DNA of 64,000 nucleotides, from assembly GCA_951406725.2 (NCBI GenBank), contig OX597821.1:9362001-9426000 (forward strand), read 5' to 3'. Shown piece after piece: positions 1-14,502 of the stretch. How positions within the stretch are numbered: position 1 is the first letter of the stretch; every line of letters starts with the position of its first letter. The notes below the pieces were generated by a model, which ran no database searches, was not told the origin of the DNA, and worked only from the letters and a program-made list of their open reading frames with translations. The stretch comes from Octopus vulgaris. Taxonomy: Eukaryota. Position numbers and translations under genes: made by a program.

Positions 1-700
1 CTTCATCTTTTTCGTGTTCTATAGCCTGGCTATTTTGTACTATATAAGATAGTATATGTCTATATTTTCACCTTCCTTCTTGATCATTCGTGGTCAAAGG
101 GACACGCAACGTCAATTATGTAGCACATTGCTGCTCGTTGTCCACCACAACTAGGTGAGGGTTGTTATGCTCTTGCACCTGATCTGTTAGGACTGGGAAA
201 TACCACAATATTTTACAGGTCTACCACTCCACTCTCAGTGGTTTCTGCTCTCTAGACCCCACTTTTTGCATAGTTTCCATTGTAGCACTCTCACTACATC
301 ATGTCGCCACTTATAGTTGCTTGGAGTAAGTCTAGGGTATTCTTTTACGATGCTGGCAGTGACATCGTCCGCTCTTTTACAGATGTAGAAAAGTCGAGTG
401 TCTTGCACATTCCTAATGTTGACCTTCTAATTTGTGGCCAAAGCTTGGTTTTGTGCTGCCAGTATGGAGCTATCAGTCTCTTTTTTCAGCGCTCTTTTTT
501 TCAGCGTGTTCTATCTATGATTTCCTGCAACTTTAGTTGTGGCTACATGAAATTGATTGTGTAATCCCTTATCGTGTAATGCTTCTTCTTATCCTTTTTT
601 GTAGTTCTTGTATTGAGTTTTTTACTTTTTCTCTACTTTGAATACGTTCTGATGCCTACATGATACTAACAAGGTTTCCATACTTCGGGCTAGGCAATTT
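1..700 (-). mobile_element. Degenerate R4/Dong-like non-LTR retrotransposon, C-terminal (CCHC zinc-knuckle) region
   Basis: Minus-strand translation across frameshifts gives KKETDSSILAAQNQALATN and RHDVV/RVLQWKLCKKWGL-like motifs. Probably the same element as 2150-3130, split by later insertions. Boundaries are approximate. Confidence 0.6.
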
Positions 701-895
701 TAAAAGATATAGTGTTTGGTGTGCTCACTGTCTTCCACACTTATAATTTCCCTTCCGCCATTTGGTCTCTTCGTGTATATGTGATCAGTATCTGTAGATG
801 TGTGATTGACTCCATGCATTACTGCATGCTTTCTTGTTTTCTAATCCAACTCCTTTAGCTCATTCTCTATCCGCTTCATCCCCATCCCGAAATGT

Positions 896-1605
896 TACGA
901 GTGGGGCGAGTTTACTTGGTTTGATCAATAAGAATTGGGGCTTTTGGGATATTAACGAAGCGACAGTACAGAAAGTGAAGTCGCTTGGTACAGATTAACC
1001 GTGAACTGTGCTGTTCATGCGCATCACGTTTTAACGTTCTAGCTCACTTCAACTCTTTCTAGCAGTGCTTTGAAGGAATGTGTGTAGAGTGTGATTGTCG
1101 CATTGAATATGACAGAGAATGTTGAGCAGAGAATCTGCATCCAATGTTGCCAAAAGCGATGTCTGCTCAGAGTCCCGCGCAATGTTTTCAAAAATGTTTC
1201 ATCGTTCTCGATACTACCAAGGAGACATTGTGCAACTGAACCCCGAGTGAGCTTTTAGTCAGTTGAAAGCAGTTTTGGCACAAACTTACAGACAAGTGTC
1301 TCATACCCAAATCGGTGGAAATAATTCACTGAAATGAACCATAACTAATCTGCACATTCTCGTATAACTCACGGTTGGTAATTCAGCGATTGTCTGTCAC
1401 AGCTGCACATACACTTACTATGTCTTTCTCATTTTAACTGGTTGCAAGTCCCCCCCCCCGAACGTTCGTCAATATCAACAGTTTTTCGGCCATTTTGGAA
1501 ACGTGTGAAACACTCGTGCACTTGTGTACGGCTCATGCACTACTGTTCATAAACTTTCTGCAACTTTGCGTAGGCCTCTGATCAGGTATCACCATGACAA
1601 CTTTA
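896..1605. mobile_element. Rearranged mariner (Tc1/mariner) relic
   Basis: Starts TA-CGAG...GATCAATAAG like the element at 32013. + strand N-terminal transposase motif (EQRICIQCCQK) is followed by an inverted transposase segment similar to 32260-32600. Confidence 0.6.
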
Positions 1606-1781
1606 GCTTTGTATTGTCAAATAATATCTCTGATATTCGGCTTTGAGTCCAATATTTGTCTCATTCACTGCTGGGATTCTTTCTTTGTCTGCTCTGTCAT
1701 CGAATCGTGACTAATTCCACTGCCTCAAGTATCCTCAGGTATTTATATCCGCACACAAGTTCGATTGCCTTCATTTCCCCA

Positions 1782-2145
1782 CTTAGTTAGTTAGTTAGTT
1801 AATTTGGCTCAAAAGCAAATAGCAAGGCCATGTAGGGAGACATGGAGTTATGTACAGGGTGGTGTTCATGTAAAGAGTTCAGGTCACTTGAGGTCAAGGG
1901 AGGCTTTGAACAAAGCGGTCGTCGGCATCTTCACCATCTCGTCTGGCAGCTTGTTCCACGGATCCGCAACCCGGACGGAGAAAGCTCCTCTCCTTCGATT
2001 GAGATGAAATCGTCGCAGGTAGAGCTTTTCGGAATGACCCCGCAGCCGACGCTCTGGAGCAGGAGTGAAGAACAGCTCTTTCAAGAGGTTACACTTTCCG
2101 CTTATGATGCTGTGAGCGAGAATGAGATCACCACGGCGGCGGCAT
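1782..2145 (-). mobile_element. 3' fragment of a CR1-clade LINE
   Basis: ORF 1884-2084 RLRGHSEKL...RRGAFSVRVADPWNKLPDEMV...FKASLD is the typical CR1 ORF2 C-terminus. It is followed by a short UTR and a (TAAC)n tail at 1782-1803. Confidence 0.8.
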
Positions 2146-2149
2146 AGAT

Positions 2150-3443
<1,294 letters not shown>

Positions 3444-3471
3444 ATCAACAATCAGTAGAGCGCGACTGTTA

Positions 3472-3848
3472 TCTCTCTCTATATAAACGGCAGTTTGTCT
3501 GTGTGTGTCTGTGTGTCTGTTAGGTTGTACCCTCACCCTGACCACGGCTTTCAACCGATTCTGATGAAACTTGACACACACATAGCCCAATGTCATAATT
3601 CAAACTAACGCAGCAAAAATTTTGAAAAGTTCCCCCAGTTCTGAAAAATATCGATAAATTCGACATGGGGTCGAGAATCAGAAACACAAACCACAGACTG
3701 TCTAGGGGACGCAACTCGACCTTTTAACTAAAAAAAAATTTACCATAATTTTTTTCCAATTTTTTGCTATTTTTTGGCTATAACTCTCTAAAAATGCTTT
3801 ATAGTTATTTCCCTTACAAACCCGAGCAACGCCGGGTGATACTGCTAG
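3472..3848 (+). mobile_element. Non-autonomous Helitron
   Basis: A|TC 5' end at 3472, subterminal hairpin CCCGAGCAACGCCGGG, CTAG|T 3' end at 3845-3848. The 3' end resembles that of the helicase-bearing Helitron at 39533. Confidence 0.75.
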
Positions 3849-5317
3849 TCTGTAATAAATAGAGATTGACTCTTAAATGGAAGATGAAATGAATGAACAA
3901 TATTTAAACATTTCGGGTGTCTTTTACGAGTTTGAAATACAAAATGAAACGAAGTTCAAAGATAGGAAACGCTAACACATTCAGAATTAAACCGGAATGG
4001 CTGCGTTTCTTTCCAGATTAGACGATGAGATCGGTCCTCAGTCTTTCACAAAATAGAAGGAAGGAAAGAAGAATCAAAGACAAAGAAAGCAATTAGGAAA
4101 AGATATTTGAGAGTAAGTATGGTGGAATTCACCTGCCATTTTATTAATACCTCAAGGTTGAGATGAATTAATAAAATAGCAGGTGAATTCCACCATATTT
4201 TCACTGAACATTTAACTGAATATATCTTTCCCAATTCCATTTTTTTTTTTCTTTTACAAAAATCTGGAAATCCACGAACACAATTACAATCACCACTTCC
4301 CTCATTTCGAAGCAGAAAATGTAACACAAATTAAAAACAACAGTGTAAAAAAAAACCCAAAAAAACATCATTAAAAGAAATCCTAAAATTTCGGGTTTTC
4401 GAAATGTTTCGTCGATCATATTTTGAAAACTCAAACAGTCCGAATCTGCAATTTCTTTCAGGTTATAATTCCGAAGTTATTTTGAGATGAGAAGATTATT
4501 TAAGAGGGATCAAGCTGCTGTTTCTAGCACATCCACAACACCTTTACTTTTGTCATTTCTTTCTCCATCTGAAATATATTGAAGTTTTTCCAACATTTCC
4601 CCCCATAAACACATTTCATTTAGCAATCGTCAATTGCTGCAATTTAAGCAAAACCAACAAACATATTATTTATATCTTTAGCCCTATTCCCCATCAGGCG
4701 TGTCCGTATGTTTGTATCTGTGCATGTGTATTTGTGTGTTTATATGTGTGTGTATGACTGTGCATGTGTGTCAGAATGTGTCTGTATGTATGAGGAAATC
4801 ATATTTACTTGCAGAAAAGTATGCTATTAAGAAGAAAATAAATCTTTTACGTACCATTTTAAAATCACATGCATATATATACAGCCTGAGAAATGCTCAC
4901 ACACTCAGTGTGAGCGATATACTTTTAGAGGGGTCGAAAGCGCCTGAACTTTTCAATTTTGTTATGTTCATATAATATTCTAACAGTGATTCTGAGTTTG
5001 TGATTTATTTATTCCAGAAAAATATTCATACAGAGGTAGACACGTTTAAAGTTTGATCCTTTATATTCAATCAGGAATACGTGTGTGTAAGAACTGTCAT
5101 AAAATGAAAGCAAATATGAGAAGAACAGGTGTTAAATAAAATGAATTCTATGCGTGAGAGTTATTACATATACGAAGAGAGTAAAAAGCAGAGAATGTGG
5201 TAAATAACACAAACCCATACACACACACACACACACATACGGGCACGCGCGCACACGCACACGCACACACACATACGCGCACACACATACGCATACGCAA
5301 GCACACACATGCACATA

Positions 5318-5356
<39 letters not shown>

Positions 5357-5872
5357 ATTTACCTGTCATGAATCATCATAGTCATAACCTTCATGAAGAA
5401 AATGCGTACACGCTTATCTATGGTTCGATAAATAATGTTCAGCGTAACGCATACATACATACATAGCTGTTATCTGATACCACTGCATCTATATTCATGC
5501 ATTGCTTAGCTTATACAAAACAGTATTGATGAGAAAATCAATGAACAGAAACATGATAGAAGAAACGTTTTTTAAGTTATGCACAATTTTCTGTTTAGTA
5601 TTTGCACAAACTACGCGGTGATTTATTCATGGGAGATAACTCTCAATTTTGTAAATACATATTAGTGAGTTGCCTCCCTTGAAAGTAAAATGAAATGGAC
5701 AATTTCGGTTTTGGTTCTTACTTCTTCCAGCGTATTTGTTTTTCTCTTTTATTGGAAAGGTACTTCTCCTTGCCTCAAACTTTTATACTTTCAGAGTTTT
5801 TTTTTTTTTTTTTTTTTTTCACATTCTTTTCTGCATATAGAAATTTCTTGGAAATTTATTATATCTTTATTA

Positions 5873-6142
5873 CGGAGATGTACTCGCATAGCAAGTAATT
5901 TGATCTGAGATCGTGTGCTGAAACGAAAACAATTGCAGCGTGGAAGGTGTTTATAAGCCATTTAAGAAACACACAAAAGCCGTTTGATTCACTTCAACAT
6001 TTAAGTTTAATTTGTCAAAATATTTTCGTCGCTAAAATCCGCGACCTGTTCACTGACAAAGTCCGTGAGATGCAGCACGGACTTTGTCAGTGAACAGGTC
6101 GCGGATTTTAGCGACGAAAATATTCCACGCTGCAATTGTTTG
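5873..6142 (-). mobile_element. Short non-autonomous PLE-like retroelement with 5' inversion and hammerhead ribozyme
   Basis: 13-bp TSD TATATCTTTATTA at 5860-5872 and 6143-6155. Internal perfect ~49-bp inverted repeat (6019-6067/6077-6124). HHR fold present. Confidence 0.75.
6011..6060 (-). ncRNA. Type I hammerhead ribozyme, G3-C8 core variant
   Basis: Minus strand reads UUUGUCA-GUGAACA-G-GUCGC ggauuuua GCGAC-GAAA-AUAU-UU-UGACAAA: 7-bp stem I, 5-bp stem II, minimal palindromic stem III. Confidence 0.75.
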
Positions 6143-6399
6143 TATATCTTTATTATTATTTCTTATTTCTAAAATAAGATAGAATTGTTGATGCAATTCT
6201 ATAGAGAAATTATCGATCAAACAAATGAAAAAAGGAAAACATAACAAGATACTTTCTTTCGAAGGTAACAAGGCAACAAAGGCGCGTGCTCACAAACATG
6301 CATTTACATAGAAGTGTGTGTAAGAGCATGCAAAGGAATACACATACACAAACACACAATAAAGAAAATATGTTTGTATGTATACACTTTTTTCTCATT

Positions 6400-6811
6400 T
6401 TTACTCTTTTTTACTTGTTTCAGTCATTTGACTGCGGCCATGCTGGAGCACCGCCTTTAGTCGTGCAAATCGACCCCGGGACTTATTCTTTGTATGCCCA
6501 GTACTTATTCTATCGGTCTCTTTTGCTGAACCGCTAAGTGACGGGGACGTAAACACACCAGCATCGGTTGTCAAGCAATGCTGGGGGGACAAACACAGAC
6601 ACACAAACATATATACACACACTTATATATATATATACATATATATACGACAGGCTTCTTTCAGTTTCCGTCTACCAAATCCACTCACAAGGCATTGGTC
6701 GGCCCGGGGCTATAGCAGAAGACACTTGCCCAAGATGCCACGCAGTGGGACTGAACCCGGAACCATGTGGTTGGTTAGCAAGCTACTTACCACACAGCCA
6801 CTCCTGCGCCT
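6400..6811 (-). mobile_element. tRNA-derived SINE (bipartite, internal TA/CA microsatellite)
   Basis: Head GGCGCAGGAGTGGCTGTGTGG (A box) ...GGTTCAGTCCC (B box). Near-identical copies at 22722-23172 and 59292-59668. Confidence 0.85.
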
Positions 6812-7182
6812 ATGTATGTATGTATGTATGTATGTATGTATGTATGTATGTATGTATGTATGTATGTATGTATGTATGTATGCATGTATGTATATATGTA
6901 TATATGTAAGCATGTATATATGTATGTATGTATATATGAATATATATGTATGTATGTATGCATGTATGTATGTATGTATATATGTATGTATGTATGTATG
7001 TATGCATGTATGTATATATGTATATATGTATGTATGTATGTAAGCATGTATATACGTATGCATGTATGTATATAAGAATATATATATATGTATGCATGCA
7101 TGTATGTATGTATGTATATATGTATGTATGCATGCATGTATATATTTATATATGTATGTATTTATGTATGCATGTATGTATG

Positions 7183-7216
<34 letters not shown>

Positions 7217-7230
7217 TGTATGTATGTATG

Positions 7231-7265
<35 letters not shown>

Positions 7266-7325
7266 GCATGTATATATGTATGTATGTATTTATGTATGCA
7301 TGCATGCAAGCATGCATGCATGTAT
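6812..7325. repeat. Degenerate (TATG)n microsatellite
   Basis: Directly visible. Source of the many MYVC/HTYI ORFs. Confidence 0.95.
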
Positions 7326-7439
7326 ATTGAAACACACGCTGTGTGCGTGTGTATGTACCTGCCTGCACGCCGGACCGTGTGCATTTGCATGTGCATGTAA
7401 TACTCTGACAGATATGTAATACTCTACATATGTGAAACT

Positions 7440-7715
7440 CTATAAAGTCTAGTACCTAATTTCGGCATACAAATGTCACAACTGGGAGCCAATGAATTGA
7501 ACCAAATGTATGATCCATTAAAGGTCGGTCCAAGTACTGCAATAGCCCAGGGTTTAAAATCCCACAGCTCATCAATGTTGTCATAAAGCTTAAGAAATAT
7601 TCATAATGTTGACGTAGACGTCTTCAAAGAGAAACTAGACATGCTCCTCTACACAATACCGAATGAATCGACTGCACGGCATGAGGTACAGCCCCCTGTA
7701 CCTCAAACCGGCAAT
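7440..7715 (+). mobile_element. Decayed 3' end of a CR1-like LINE
   Basis: Similar to 50400-50690 (PQLINV...LRNIHNVDVDVFKEKLD motif). Confidence 0.55.
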
Positions 7716-7719
7716 CAAA

Positions 7720-8869
7720 CTTACCGCTTTGAAGGTATTCTCCATTTAAGGAAATGCATCGATCTAGACGCGCTTTCCATTGTTCGAAGTAGTCCTGTAA
7801 CTCCTGTGAAGCCATTTTACGCCTCCGTCGCATTTCCTTCATCTCTTCCCCATCTGCCAAATATTTTCATTTTTTCGTTCGTGGGAAGAAAAGAAAAAGT
7901 CGAAAGGAGCAAGACTGGGTGAATAGTTAGTGTGAGTCATGACATATTTAGTAAAAACTGTCTCATAATTAAGGCGGTGTGCGCAGGTACATTGTCGTGA
8001 TATAATCATCACTGTCCACTTTGACACAGGATGGGGTGTTTTCGTCGCGATGCGTCTCACAAACGTTACAAAACTGTCAAGTATAATGATTGGTCAACAG
8101 TTTGAACAGGAGAAACCAATTCCCAGTGGACAATTCCTTTCACATCGCTGAAACAAATCAGCATAGTCTTGAAATTGGACTTCACATTTGGGGCCTGGTG
8201 ATATTGACTAATTCCATTGACTTGATTGCTGCTTTGTTTCCGGGCCGTAGCCGTAGCACCAGTTTTCGTCATCAATTATAACGTTAGAAAAAAGGAACGG
8301 ATTGACTTCTAGGCTCTTCTTTTGGTTCTCGACACATATTGAGTCTTGACGTTTTTTGAGATTCCTCAAGCGAGGCATAAATTTTGCTGCAACTATTTTC
8401 CTTCGCAATTGACAGGGGATGTAGGATACACCAGTCATATCTAGAAGTTCGAGAGTTTTTCGGTCCTCCAAGAGCAGTTCATGAATGTTCGTGATGTTTT
8501 TATTTGTTCTGGTGTCGACGGTGTCCTAATGCGTGAAAACCACTGGTAAACTTGAGTTTTGCTCGTTGCAGCGTCCTTGTAAACTGTTTGAGGTTTGACA
8601 ATTGTTTAGGCTGCCATTTGCCTCGACAGAAATGAAACTTTGGCGGAAGCACGAAGGTCCTTCGTTGCAAACATCGCAAAAATAAAGAACTGGGGAGAAG
8701 CGTTGCAAAACAAAGACGAACCACGTGGCAGTAGGTATATACACAAAGACGCCAATTCGCAGACTGATGCACGACAGCCGCACCAAGCGCCTTCAAGTGG
8801 TGGAAGCGTAAACTGAACCGCGGTTAACCCACAGATAACGTTTCTGGTTACTTTGAGCACCCCCTCGTA
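7720..8869 (-). mobile_element. Mariner transposase pseudogene
   Basis: Fragments VIIDDENWCYGYGPETKQQSSQW, KTMLICFSDVKGIVHWELV and YSPSLAPFDFF. TIR-like TACGAGGGGGTGCTCAAAG at the 8869 end. Confidence 0.85.
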
Positions 8870-9149
8870 TATGTATGTATGTATGCATGTATGTATGCAT
8901 GTATGTATGTATGTATGCATGTATGTATGTATGTATGCATGTATGTATGTATGTATGTATGTATGTATGCATGTATGTATGTATGTATGTATGTATTTAT
9001 GCATGTATATATATATATATATATATATATGAATAGATAGATAGATTGATAGATAGATATACACAGAACATACATATGCTTCGACTAAAGACTGGGCCAG
9101 TCCGGCCATGTCTAACTTAATCGCACCACATTATAGGATTTGCGAAATC

Positions 9150-10700
9150 ACTTCTAAATTAAGTTTTGTGGTATAGTGGCCCATTAGAGTGAGGAGTTCT
9201 TGTTGAATGATTTGTATCCAGATATAGGTGACTTTTCACTTGAAGAAATTTGGCCAAATTCCGTTTAAACGTCATTGCATTAGTTTTCTCCTTGATCTGT
9301 TTCGGGACCACGTAATATAGAGCAGGGGCTGTTGAGGAAAAAGAATGTGTGACAGTGTATTTATGAGTTGTGATCTTGAATTGGGTATGCAACGTATGAG
9401 GTCTTGTCCTAGCCTTAGATGAATTCTGAAACTAATGTTTAGGTCGTTTGGGCAATTCTGGCTGTATATATTCCACATTGTACAAACGATGCGTGTATCG
9501 ATCAGGACAGCACTGAATTGAACAGAGTTCCAATGCTTTAAGACGGTCCCACTATTCTAAATCAGTCATGCCCTTAATTCTATTAGTGAATGCCCTTTGG
9601 GATGATTAAGTATTCGAAATATTTTGTTGTGTGGGGAGACCACAGAAGGAAACACTATTGGAGGTGTGGCCATACAAAGGAGGGGGAAAGTGGAATGATA
9701 GCAACTTGTTCTCTGAACCGGAAGGTTCTCTAATTTCCATGAACTCATCCAACGAGATATGTGAACCTTATTGTTGATGTGGGCACTCCATCTGATATTA
9801 TTGTCAATAATTACACCTGGGTCACTGATATAATTAGATGTTGTGAGTGGATCTCCAAAAGAAGAGAATATGGTTGTTTTAGGGAAGACTTTTTCCCAAA
9901 ATGCGTCAGTTCAAATTTTTCCCTCGGGTAGTCGCATTTTGTTTTTGTCTGTCCATTGACCTACAATGTGTAGATCATGACTGGACTTCAGTTCGGCCTT
10001 TTTTTCCGTTGATAATTTTCGAGAGGTTGGAGTCATCGGCGAATATTTTCAATTTGTTGTACGTATTCTAGTTCTTGACAATTTTGATACTAGAATGTGT
10101 GCAACATTTTACTGAAATCAAGTTATGCCAACTGTGTTCGAACCTAAACCCAAGGCTTTTAAGATATCATAGATGTGGTGTCAGAGCTGTGTTAGACAGT
10201 CTCTGCTGCAGCAAAATCCATGATGGTTTGAATTTAGAAGTCTGTGACTCTTCAAGAAGTCAGTTATACTTGATCTCACTACTCTTTCAAACACTTGGAT
10301 GATATGGGAGGTGAGTGAGATTGAGTGATAGTTCACTGCGAGGGATATGTTTCTCTGTTTGAAAACCGGGATAAAAGACAGGCATAAGAGCTGTTTCGGC
10401 TTATAATCTGAGTGTAAATAATTTCTCCAAAGGTTGGTTAGATTGACTAAAAGTTGGTGTTTACATTCCTTCAGGAAACTAGCAGGGAATATATCAGGGC
10501 CTACAACAAAATAGTAGTTGCTCTCATTTGTTGCTGATATGATGTCTGAGAAAGTAAATATAATGTCTGAGATAATATGTTGAGGATCGACTTCGTTCAC
10601 ATCATTTGCGTCTATATCAGTGGGATCACTAAATGCAGAGCAGTATTATTTGTGTACTACTTCTGCCCTTTGTGTAGCATCATGTTGGAGAATGCTGTTA
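9150..10700 (-). mobile_element. Degenerate LINE reverse transcriptase (CR1/L2 group)
   Basis: ORF 10181-10600 GPDIFPASFLKEC...IPVFK...NYHSISLTSHIIQVFERVV...HGFCCSRDCLTQL, with further RT remnants downstream. Confidence 0.85.
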
Positions 10701-10779
10701 TCAGTCAGTCGACCAACAGGTGAAGCAACAGTCCTATGCTTATTGACATATGGTAGAACGCGTTTGGATTCTGTTTGAT

Positions 10780-10823
<44 letters not shown>

Positions 10824-10869
10824 GCACGTGAACATAAACACACACACAGTTAATGCCATACACGTACAC

Positions 10870-11070
10870 GCAGACACACGCTGCTATCACCCGACGCAAA
10901 CATGCTACCACGCACAATCGCACACACACATTTACTGCCACACACGCACTCACGGACAAACGCTGCTATCACCTGGCGCACACACACTACCACACACAAT
11001 CGCACGCACGCATTTACTGCCACACACACACGCGCTACTATACATACACACGCTACCATACACACACTGA
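10870..11070. repeat. Short CA-rich minisatellite, ~2.5 copies of ~82 bp
   Basis: CGCTGCTATCACC...ACAATCGCAC...CATTTACTGCCACACAC repeated. Confidence 0.7.
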
Positions 11071-11208
11071 CGATTTTCAAACTTTTCTGTCCTGGAAGGC
11101 CCTGTCTCTTCATTGTTTCTACTTCCGGTCACTCTAGAATTGTAGCCGCACGTAATTGTTAGCGTTATGTTTTTGTCTCATTCGTCTTGGAATTTCGTGT
11201 TTTTTCCT

Positions 11209-11243
11209 GTTTCCGAAGAAGAGCTATTCTCGAAATGTAAAAC
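11209..11243 (+). ncRNA. Minimal type I hammerhead-like motif (CCGAAGA core)
   Basis: GUUU-CCGAAGA-a-GAG cuauu CUC-GAAA-ug-UA-AAAC, lying about 110 bp upstream of a (TA)n tract. Confidence 0.5.
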
Positions 11244-11352
11244 TACTACTCTTTTCCTTCTCTTAGCGTACTATTAATACATAGCCTGTACTAAATCGAC
11301 ACGTTTGTTTGCATACTTCTTTTTCTTTTTCTCTGTTTCTTTTTAAATTGAC

Positions 11353-11426
<74 letters not shown>

Positions 11427-12321
11427 CATACATACATACATACATACATACATACATGGATACATACATACATACATACATATATATATATATACATATT
11501 CATTCACACACACTGCAAAACGAAATACATTAGTAACAAAGTCATACATAACTCTTTATCTTCCATGCATTTGTGAGCCCTAGTCCCAATTAATTCACAT
11601 CTGGATCCATTAAGTACTTCCGATGATTATATTCTCAATGCTTCAGAGATGAACTACAAGGATCGAAATCGCTTTCTTGAAATTATCAAATATTTAAAAT
11701 TGAACTAAGATTTTGGAATCTGTTGGTTTAGAATTGCCTTTAGGGTAACTGAAATATATATAAATAGATACTTTTATCCTTGTCGTTGTGGTTACTGCAG
11801 AACTTTCATTGCTGATACAGCTGTTGCGATATGTTTGCTTACCGTTTGTGTTGCCGCTGCTGTTGTATGTTGTGAGAAGACCTATGATCAAAAGGCCATT
11901 GAACCATAAACCTCCGGAGAAAGCATTGCGTTGAACAATATTATTCAAAGTGTGCTCTTTCCTATTAAAGACAGACTGGTGTGAGTTTATGGAAATTAGG
12001 CTGAAAATGGGCGGTTACGTAATATGTCGCTTGTTACTTGAGGCTACAGAAGGCCTATGGTGGCAATAACGTGGCATTTATTTTTATAAGTATATGAAAT
12101 GCAGTAGGGCACAGATTTGTTTCCTATTAATACAAATATAAATATGTTTAGTACATGTAAAGCAATATATATTAGAGAAAATTACCGCAACGTAAGTATA
12201 CTTGAGCTTGCACAAACGTTAGTCAAGATACTGTTCAAACAGTAACAGATATAAATATCAGGACCATTAATTGCAGTAATGCTAAATGAAACCACCACAT
12301 ACAGACACAGACACAGGAACA

Positions 12322-12390
<69 letters not shown>

Positions 12391-12449
12391 ACAATCACAC
12401 ATACACGAATACATGTGTTTATATTTGTAGATGTGTGTGTGTGTATATA

Positions 12450-12500
<51 letters not shown>

Positions 12501-12503
12501 CTA

Positions 12504-12548
<45 letters not shown>

Positions 12549-12634
12549 GCACATATATATATATATATACATACATATGCATATATATATATATATATAT
12601 ATACACACGCATATATATATATATATATATATGC

Positions 12635-12836
12635 TGTTCCGGTGGCACGTAAAAAGCACCCACTACACTTTCGGAGTGGTTGGCGTTAGGAAGGGCATCT
12701 AGCTGTAGAAACATTGCCAAATCAGAATGGGCCTGGTGCAGCCTTCTGGCTTCCCAGACCCCAGTTGAACCGTCCAACCCATGCTAGCATGGAAAGCGGA
12801 CGCTAAACGATGATGGTGATGATGATGATGATGATG
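12635..12836 (+). mobile_element. 3' part of a SINE with (GAT)n tail
   Basis: TGGTTGGCGTTAGGAAGGGCATC central motif (MetaSINE-like domain, from memory) and ...GGACGCTAAACGATGATG tail. Confidence 0.7.
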
Positions 12837-13541
12837 CATATACATACATAGGTACATTCACATGCATATTCATAGATATTAAAGCTTAAAAATACTGACA
12901 TATATCTACAGACACATATGTGTACAAGTAATCACATTAAAAAACAAAGAAAGGAAAATCACAATCTAAAATTAAAGTTTTTTACAAAGAAAGTTAAGAA
13001 TGTTGTGTGAATCATTATTTGAAATTGTATCAAGGTATGTAAATCTTTTTGGAAATACCTCGAAGGTAAAGAAATCAAGTAAGTTCAAAGGAACAAATAA
13101 AAGCGGAAGAAAAGGAAAATCAAATATATAAGAACCTATAAAACAGGCGCAATCGACGTTCAGTCAATATGTGGGAAGAGCGATCAAACAAACGGAGACT
13201 GGGCTAAACGGCATTTTAAACCGGGCAGAAGTGATCTCACCATTGTTGATTCAAGGAAATAAGAAGGGATGGGGACAATCACGACATTTAGGGGTATAAA
13301 GATTTAGAAAGAAACGGAAAAACATTGCGCGAAAAACAATGAATTAAACAGAAGGAAAGTAGCGAGAAGCAGCATACACATATGCACAGGTATGTTAATG
13401 ATGTGTGAAAGTGAGCGTGGGTGTGCATATGTGCTTGTATGGGTGCGTATCTGCGTGAATTACACACATGTACAATAAACATACACGCAGACACTCAGAA
13501 ATACACATTTATATAGACAGTAATAGGAACACAGTCCCATT

Positions 13542-13593
<52 letters not shown>

Positions 13594-13638
13594 ATCGCAT
13601 ACATACATGAATATATGTATACATACATACATACATAC

Positions 13639-13718
<80 letters not shown>

Positions 13719-13831
13719 TCTTATATATCTGTCCGTGTGTGCTTGTGTATATATGTATATATATATGTATGCGTGTGTATATATATATACGTATATATAT
13801 ATATGTCTATATATGTATACATATATATATA

Positions 13832-13873
<42 letters not shown>

Positions 13874-13877
13874 TATG

Positions 13878-13909
<32 letters not shown>

Positions 13910-14231
13910 CACATATATATACTCGAACGTCCACATAGCGGTATATGCCTACGAGTGTGAATGTATGTGCAGATGTAGGTGCAATAAAGTGAGGCAAAGA
14001 GACAGAGGAAAATAACGAAAGGGAGTGAGAGACACAGAGTGCGAATGAGAGGAGACAAACTAAAAATAAAAAATACAATAAAACATTCCAGAAGTACATC
14101 ATAGTGACGGGCAAAATTTGCTAGCAAATGCATGCAATTTTTTTAGCGATCGATGTCTCCTTCCCTTGCCACAACTATTTACTGTTGAAATGTATTTGAA
14201 CCTTACCTCGTTGCCTCTCATTCCACCCTAT

Positions 14232-14232
14232 A

Positions 14233-14317
<85 letters not shown>

Positions 14318-14324
14318 ATATCTA

Positions 14325-14413
<89 letters not shown>

Positions 14414-14420
14414 ATATCTA

Positions 14421-14500
<80 letters not shown>
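14232..14500. repeat. (TATC)n microsatellite
   Basis: Directly visible. Confidence 0.95.

Positions 14501-14502
<2 letters not shown>

Noticed and set aside
6745-6811. tRNA-like A/B boxes
   Set aside because: These are SINE heads followed by SINE bodies in multiple copies, with no complete cloverleaf, so no tRNA gene was called.
6710-7419. Long overlapping ORFs up to 228 aa (HTYI/MYVC repeats), with similar ones at 12.2-14.5 kb, 29.7-30.3 kb and elsewhere
   Set aside because: Stop-free microsatellite frames with no coding signal.
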